Source: the human T2T-CHM13v2.0 reference genome, Homo sapiens. From it: a stretch of DNA of 64,000 bases. The stretch lies in assembly GCF_009914755.1 (NCBI RefSeq), contig NC_060926.1, one strand, 5' to 3'. A program made the translations under genes and the position numbers. The notes under the pieces are model-generated. The model was not told where the DNA came from and made no database searches. It was given only the letters and a program-made list of their open reading frames with translations. This document shows positions 62,771 through 64,000 of the stretch, piece by piece; within the stretch, counting starts at the first letter, position 1; each line of letters begins with the position of its first letter.

Positions 62771-64000
62771 ATGGTTGAGCAAGTCCTCCTCCTCCGCTTT
62801 AATTTTAGTTTTCCATTAATTTTCTGGTTTTTCTGGGAGCACTGCTTGAGCCTGGGAGGTCGAGGCTGCAATTAGCCATAGGCCACTGCACTCTATGCCT
62901 GGGTGACAGAAAAGTACCATTTACTTTTCTGAGACAAACATCAAAATCAAGCTTTCAAGTTTTTTTTTTTTTTTTTTCAAAAGAGAAAAAAAAACCTGCT
63001 GGGATTCTGACCAAGAGTATATTTAATACACACATTAATTTAGGGAGAACTGACATTTTTATAATGCTGAGTTTTGCCCAGAAAAATCACGTCTCCATTT
63101 ATTCAAGACTTCTGGAAAAGTTTACAGTTTTCTTTACAAATGCTTTGTACATCCTTACTTACTCCCTAACTCATTCCATAGCTTTTCATTTCTCCTTTAT
63201 ATTTCCCATGTCTTGATTACTATAGGGAATTTCAGTGTTCTGGGCGACCATCTACGTTTTATATCCTAATTCATTTAGCGGTAGGTGATAGCCAATTATG
63301 CAGCTCACCTAGAACTATTTTTTCAATGACTTATTTACAAGACCATGAAATGGCTCCTTTTCACAGCAATCTGTTGTTTTAAGACTTCTGATAATCTCTG
63401 ATGGCTCACACCCTTTATCTCTTAAGGTTCTGAAAATACTCTTACATTCTTTGCACAACTTTAAAGTTCCCTTCCATAACTTAGAACTCTGCGACATGTT
63501 TTCTGGCTGATCCTTCTTCTTTGTACTGTCATTTTTGTTTGAAACATTATCTTACATGAGAGTTTCTCTTGCACTCACTTGTTCATTATGTGGTATCAGA
63601 ATTATTGCCTAAACTACATACTATAGGGTCAAATCTCCAAACCAGGTCTTTTATTAGTAGCTGGGGGAGCTCTTACATGGTTACTACAACTCAACCCCCA
63701 AAGCCTGAACTGCATAGGCCCCTTTTTGTTTGTTTATTCCTCTTCTAGCCATCTGTAGGTCACCTGGCTTTATTCCCAATTTACCCCCCTATGGATTCTC
63801 CCTCAACTCCTTGTACTCTAGGAACTCTCCAATCAACTACATAACCCTGTCTTTTTGTTTTCATTCTATCCTATCTATTATTTCTGTCTGGCCAAGTACA
63901 TGGGTTAAGCCTGCGTCTTACCTATTTTTGTACAAACTAGCTAAGAATAGTTTTAATATTTTTAAATGGTTCAAAAAAATAAAATTCAAACACATGAAAA

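Overview
Human genomic DNA (an AluYb8 insertion is human-specific; the PUM2 identity places it at chr2p24). The minus strand carries the last 14 coding exons of PUM2 (57201 to 11122, about 770 codons). All splice phases are consistent, all eight Pumilio repeats are intact, and a ~2.9 kb 3'UTR ends near 8255. The window also holds a DRG1 processed pseudogene (1-642), a small CpG island with a consensus CTCF site, a sense-oriented intronic RP9-family retrocopy, a tailless 5S rRNA fragment, about 35 Alus, Tigger/MER DNA transposons, L1/L2 fragments and a cluster of ERV1 LTRs. The most notable structure is the 15-kb intron (38133-22994) that separates the N-terminal repression region from the RNA-binding Pum-HD. 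Its 5' part lies in a ~12-kb Alu-free block. It contains a weak donor with a read-through stop, a PRE, a 3'UTR-like intronic poly(A) signal, a perfect AG|GTAAGT recursive-type site that could also close an in-frame 30-nt microexon, and a second 18/27-nt microexon candidate. Together these suggest a self-regulatory splicing/polyadenylation switch. This is an inference from sequence and has not been shown experimentally. Repeat boundaries are approximate (read by eye).
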